64,000 nt of DNA, from assembly GCA_965261355.1 (NCBI GenBank), contig OZ253464.1:1241907-1305906 (forward strand), read 5' to 3'. Positions 62,375 through 64,000 of this stretch are shown here, piece after piece (positions within the stretch are counted from its first letter, which is position 1; every line of letters starts with the position of its first letter). The position numbers and the translations under genes were made by a program. This DNA is from Dehalococcoidia bacterium (GTDB taxonomy: Bacteria; Chloroflexota; Dehalococcoidia; Lucifugimonadales; UBA3495). The notes under the pieces are model-generated. The model did no database searches, was not told the DNA's origin, and saw nothing but the letters and a program-made list of their open reading frames with translations.

Positions 62375-64000
62375 AAGCCGGGCCGAAAAGCCCTGGATGG
62401 GGAGAGAGATTTCGGCAGTAAAGCCGGGGCGAACAGAATCTGGGACCACAGCAGTCCGAGCCGGACAGCGCCGAAAATGGCCGTAGCATGGGCGACCACA
62501 CCGTGGGAAACAGCCTGGACATCACTGGGGACGGCACTGGGGACGGCACTGAGGACGGCGCGGTGGCGCGGAAGCCCACCGCCGACACTGTCCGACAGCT
62601 CGATTTTGCCCGCCACCAGGGTCAGGTTGGCCACTGTAGCCGCTAGGTACAGCTGGAATCGCGTCTTGGCGCGTCCGAAGTAGCGGGACTGGCGAATGCC
62701 CAACTGGACCAGTCGGGCCAATCTGTGCTCGACCACCACGCGTCGCGCTCGATATTCGTCATACCCGGCGCTCTGTTGCAACGCACGGGCCTGTTGCAGG
62801 AGAGCCTCCTGGGGATGGATCAGCACCCGCCGTCCCTTCCTGCCCTTGGCCGAGATGCACTGAGACCGCAGGGGACATGTCATACATTCGGACCCGTCGA
62901 ACTGGAAGGCCTGCAAGTGGTGTATCCGACCCGCGGCATCCGTACGCCGTCCCGCTGGCACTATGGTGTGGGTGACCTGCCCTGCCGGACAGGTGCAACT
63001 GCCCGCCACCAGGTCGATGACAAAGTCATTCTTGGGAAAGCGCTGCCGGTCGGGCCGTCCCGGCACCCGGGCAATCAGGGTGCGGCCCGCGTCGGCGAAG
63101 GTCTGCCTGGTAGCTCCGTCTCCATAGGCGGCGTCGCCCATGGCCTCCTGCACCGGCACACCGGTGTTGGCCTCGCTCTGTTCTACCAGTTCCAGCGCCC
63201 CCAGGTTGTCCGGAGCGTTGCCCGGCAGTACCTCCACGGCGGTGATCAGCTGGGTGTCGGTGTCAACCACAATCGCCGCCTTGTGTCCGTCGAAGCGTCT
63301 CCTGCTGCTCTTGTGCCCGTGGCGCATCTCAGGGTCGTGCACCGACATCATCCGGTCCTTGCTCACCCCGTCCTTGAGGCTCACGCCGTCATCGCCGTCG
63401 CCGTCGCCACCCTTGCGCTCAATGTCCTGGAGCAGCAACTGCCCCAGCAGTTCCGCCGCCGCCACTATCTGCTGACGCTCAGCACCGTCCTCGGGCAACT
63501 CCCCCTGGGCCAGCCGCGATAATTCCAAGAGCCGGTCCGCGTCTCCCACAATCCCCGCCAGCAGTGCCGTCCGCGCCCGCTTGTCCGACCAGTCGATGGT
63601 CGCCTCTCCCTTGATGCTGGAGGCGAGGTACCGCCCGTATCCCCGGGCCTTGGCCCATTTCCCGACGCTGATTCCCTCAACCTGCGCCAGCGCCCGCATC
63701 AGTTTGACGATCCCGTCGGCCAGCAGATTGTAGGTGTCCCTCACCGCGCCCCGGCCCAGGATGTTGGTCGTGTCCAGAGCCACCTTCATGCTGCGCCTCT
63801 TCAGGTAGCCCGACTCCCGGGCGAGGCGCACGCTGGACTCGAATACCTCCCGCACCCTGTCGTGCAGGATCAGCTGGGCCCGGAACACCTGGAGCGTGCT
63901 TTTGGCGAAGGGCCTGTCCTCCACCTCAATCCCCAGAGCCACCTTCCAGCGGATGTCGAAGTCGGCCCGGGCCTTGGCCTCGGCGTCGCTCACCTTGTCG
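62371..64000 (-). CDS. IS5/IS1182-type DDE transposase, 5' end beyond the window (partial IS)
   Basis: The open frame runs off the right edge. The DDE region is AAYGDG. A Cys-rich segment (GSCTCPAGQ...CMTCPLRSQC) and the family-typical end RYFGRAKTRFQLYLAATVANL are present. The ORF tail reads on for ~80 aa and overlaps the yvcK stop by 4 nt. Confidence 0.75.
   Translation of the reverse strand, partial: DKVSDAEAKARADFDIRWKVALGIEVEDRPFAKSTLQVFRAQLILHDRVREVFESSVRLARESGYLKRRSMKVALDTTNILGRGAVRDTYNLLADGIVKLMRALAQVEGISVGKWAKARGYGRYLASSIKGEATIDWSDKRARTALLAGIVGDADRLLELSRLAQGELPEDGAERQQIVAAAELLGQLLLQDIERKGGDGDGDDGVSLKDGVSKDRMMSVHDPEMRHGHKSSRRRFDGHKAAIVVDTDTQLITAVEVLPGNAPDNLGALELVEQSEANTGVPVQEAMGDAAYGDGATRQTFADAGRTLIARVPGRPDRQRFPKNDFVIDLVAGSCTCPAGQVTHTIVPAGRRTDAAGRIHHLQAFQFDGSECMTCPLRSQCISAKGRKGRRVLIHPQEALLQQARALQQSAGYDEYRARRVVVEHRLARLVQLGIRQSRYFGRAKTRFQLYLAATVANLTLVAGKIELSDSVGGGLPRHRAVLSAVPSAVPSDVQAVSHGVVAHATAIFGAVRLGLLWSQILFAPALLPKSLSPSRAFRPGF
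62523..62558. repeat. 12-bp tandem repeat x3
   Basis: CACTGGGGACGG CACTGGGGACGG CACTGAGGACGG. It lies inside the read-through tail of the transposase ORF and encodes SAVPSAVPS on the minus strand. Confidence 0.9.

Overview
This is a GC-rich, densely coding bacterial chromosomal segment. I call about 58 protein genes. I saw no rRNA, tRNA or CRISPR array by eye. Left to right the window holds: (1) a cupin gene and a family-5 solute-binding lipoprotein. (2) A minus-strand metal (probably zinc) operon: zur, znuA, a 1371-aa fused double ABC exporter with a 155-aa histidine-rich linker, znuC, znuB. (3) Hydrolase, MFS and VOC genes, then pepA. (4) A PadR regulator, a PadR-associated membrane sensor and a P-loop kinase. 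(5) yggT-proC and pdxA. (6) The class II ribonucleotide reductase nrdJ with nrdR, a 75-aa acidic-tailed ORF between them, and tandem NrdR-box-like sites behind both promoters. (7) A stripped-down division cluster, rsmH-ftsA-ftsZ. (8) tig-clpP-clpP-clpX. (9) A long minus-strand housekeeping run: dprA-topA-xerC-aroQ-pepP-efp-xseA-xseB-PHP-formyltransferase. (10) An ISAs1-family IS whose transposase is intact except for one in-frame TAG. (11) korAB behind a near-consensus promoter and a ~250-nt leader. (12) System I cytochrome c maturation genes, with ccmE divergent from ccmABCD, a Cys-type (CxxxY) CcmE, and a repeat-dense 625-bp intergenic region. (13) A catabolic/sensory patch: acyl-CoA synthetase, two SDRs (one with an in-frame TAG), an HhH-GPD glycosylase, MDR, FAH, a signal-peptide-less binding protein, FIST, a GatC-like protein plus amidase, and Gfo/Idh/MocA. 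(14) yvcK and a partial IS5/IS1182-type transposase at the right edge. TAG ends 34 of the 58 genes I called, which is unusual. Gene content and promoter style suggest a monoderm, Chloroflexota-like organism, but that is weak inference. All family assignments rest on reading motifs by eye. No database search was run.
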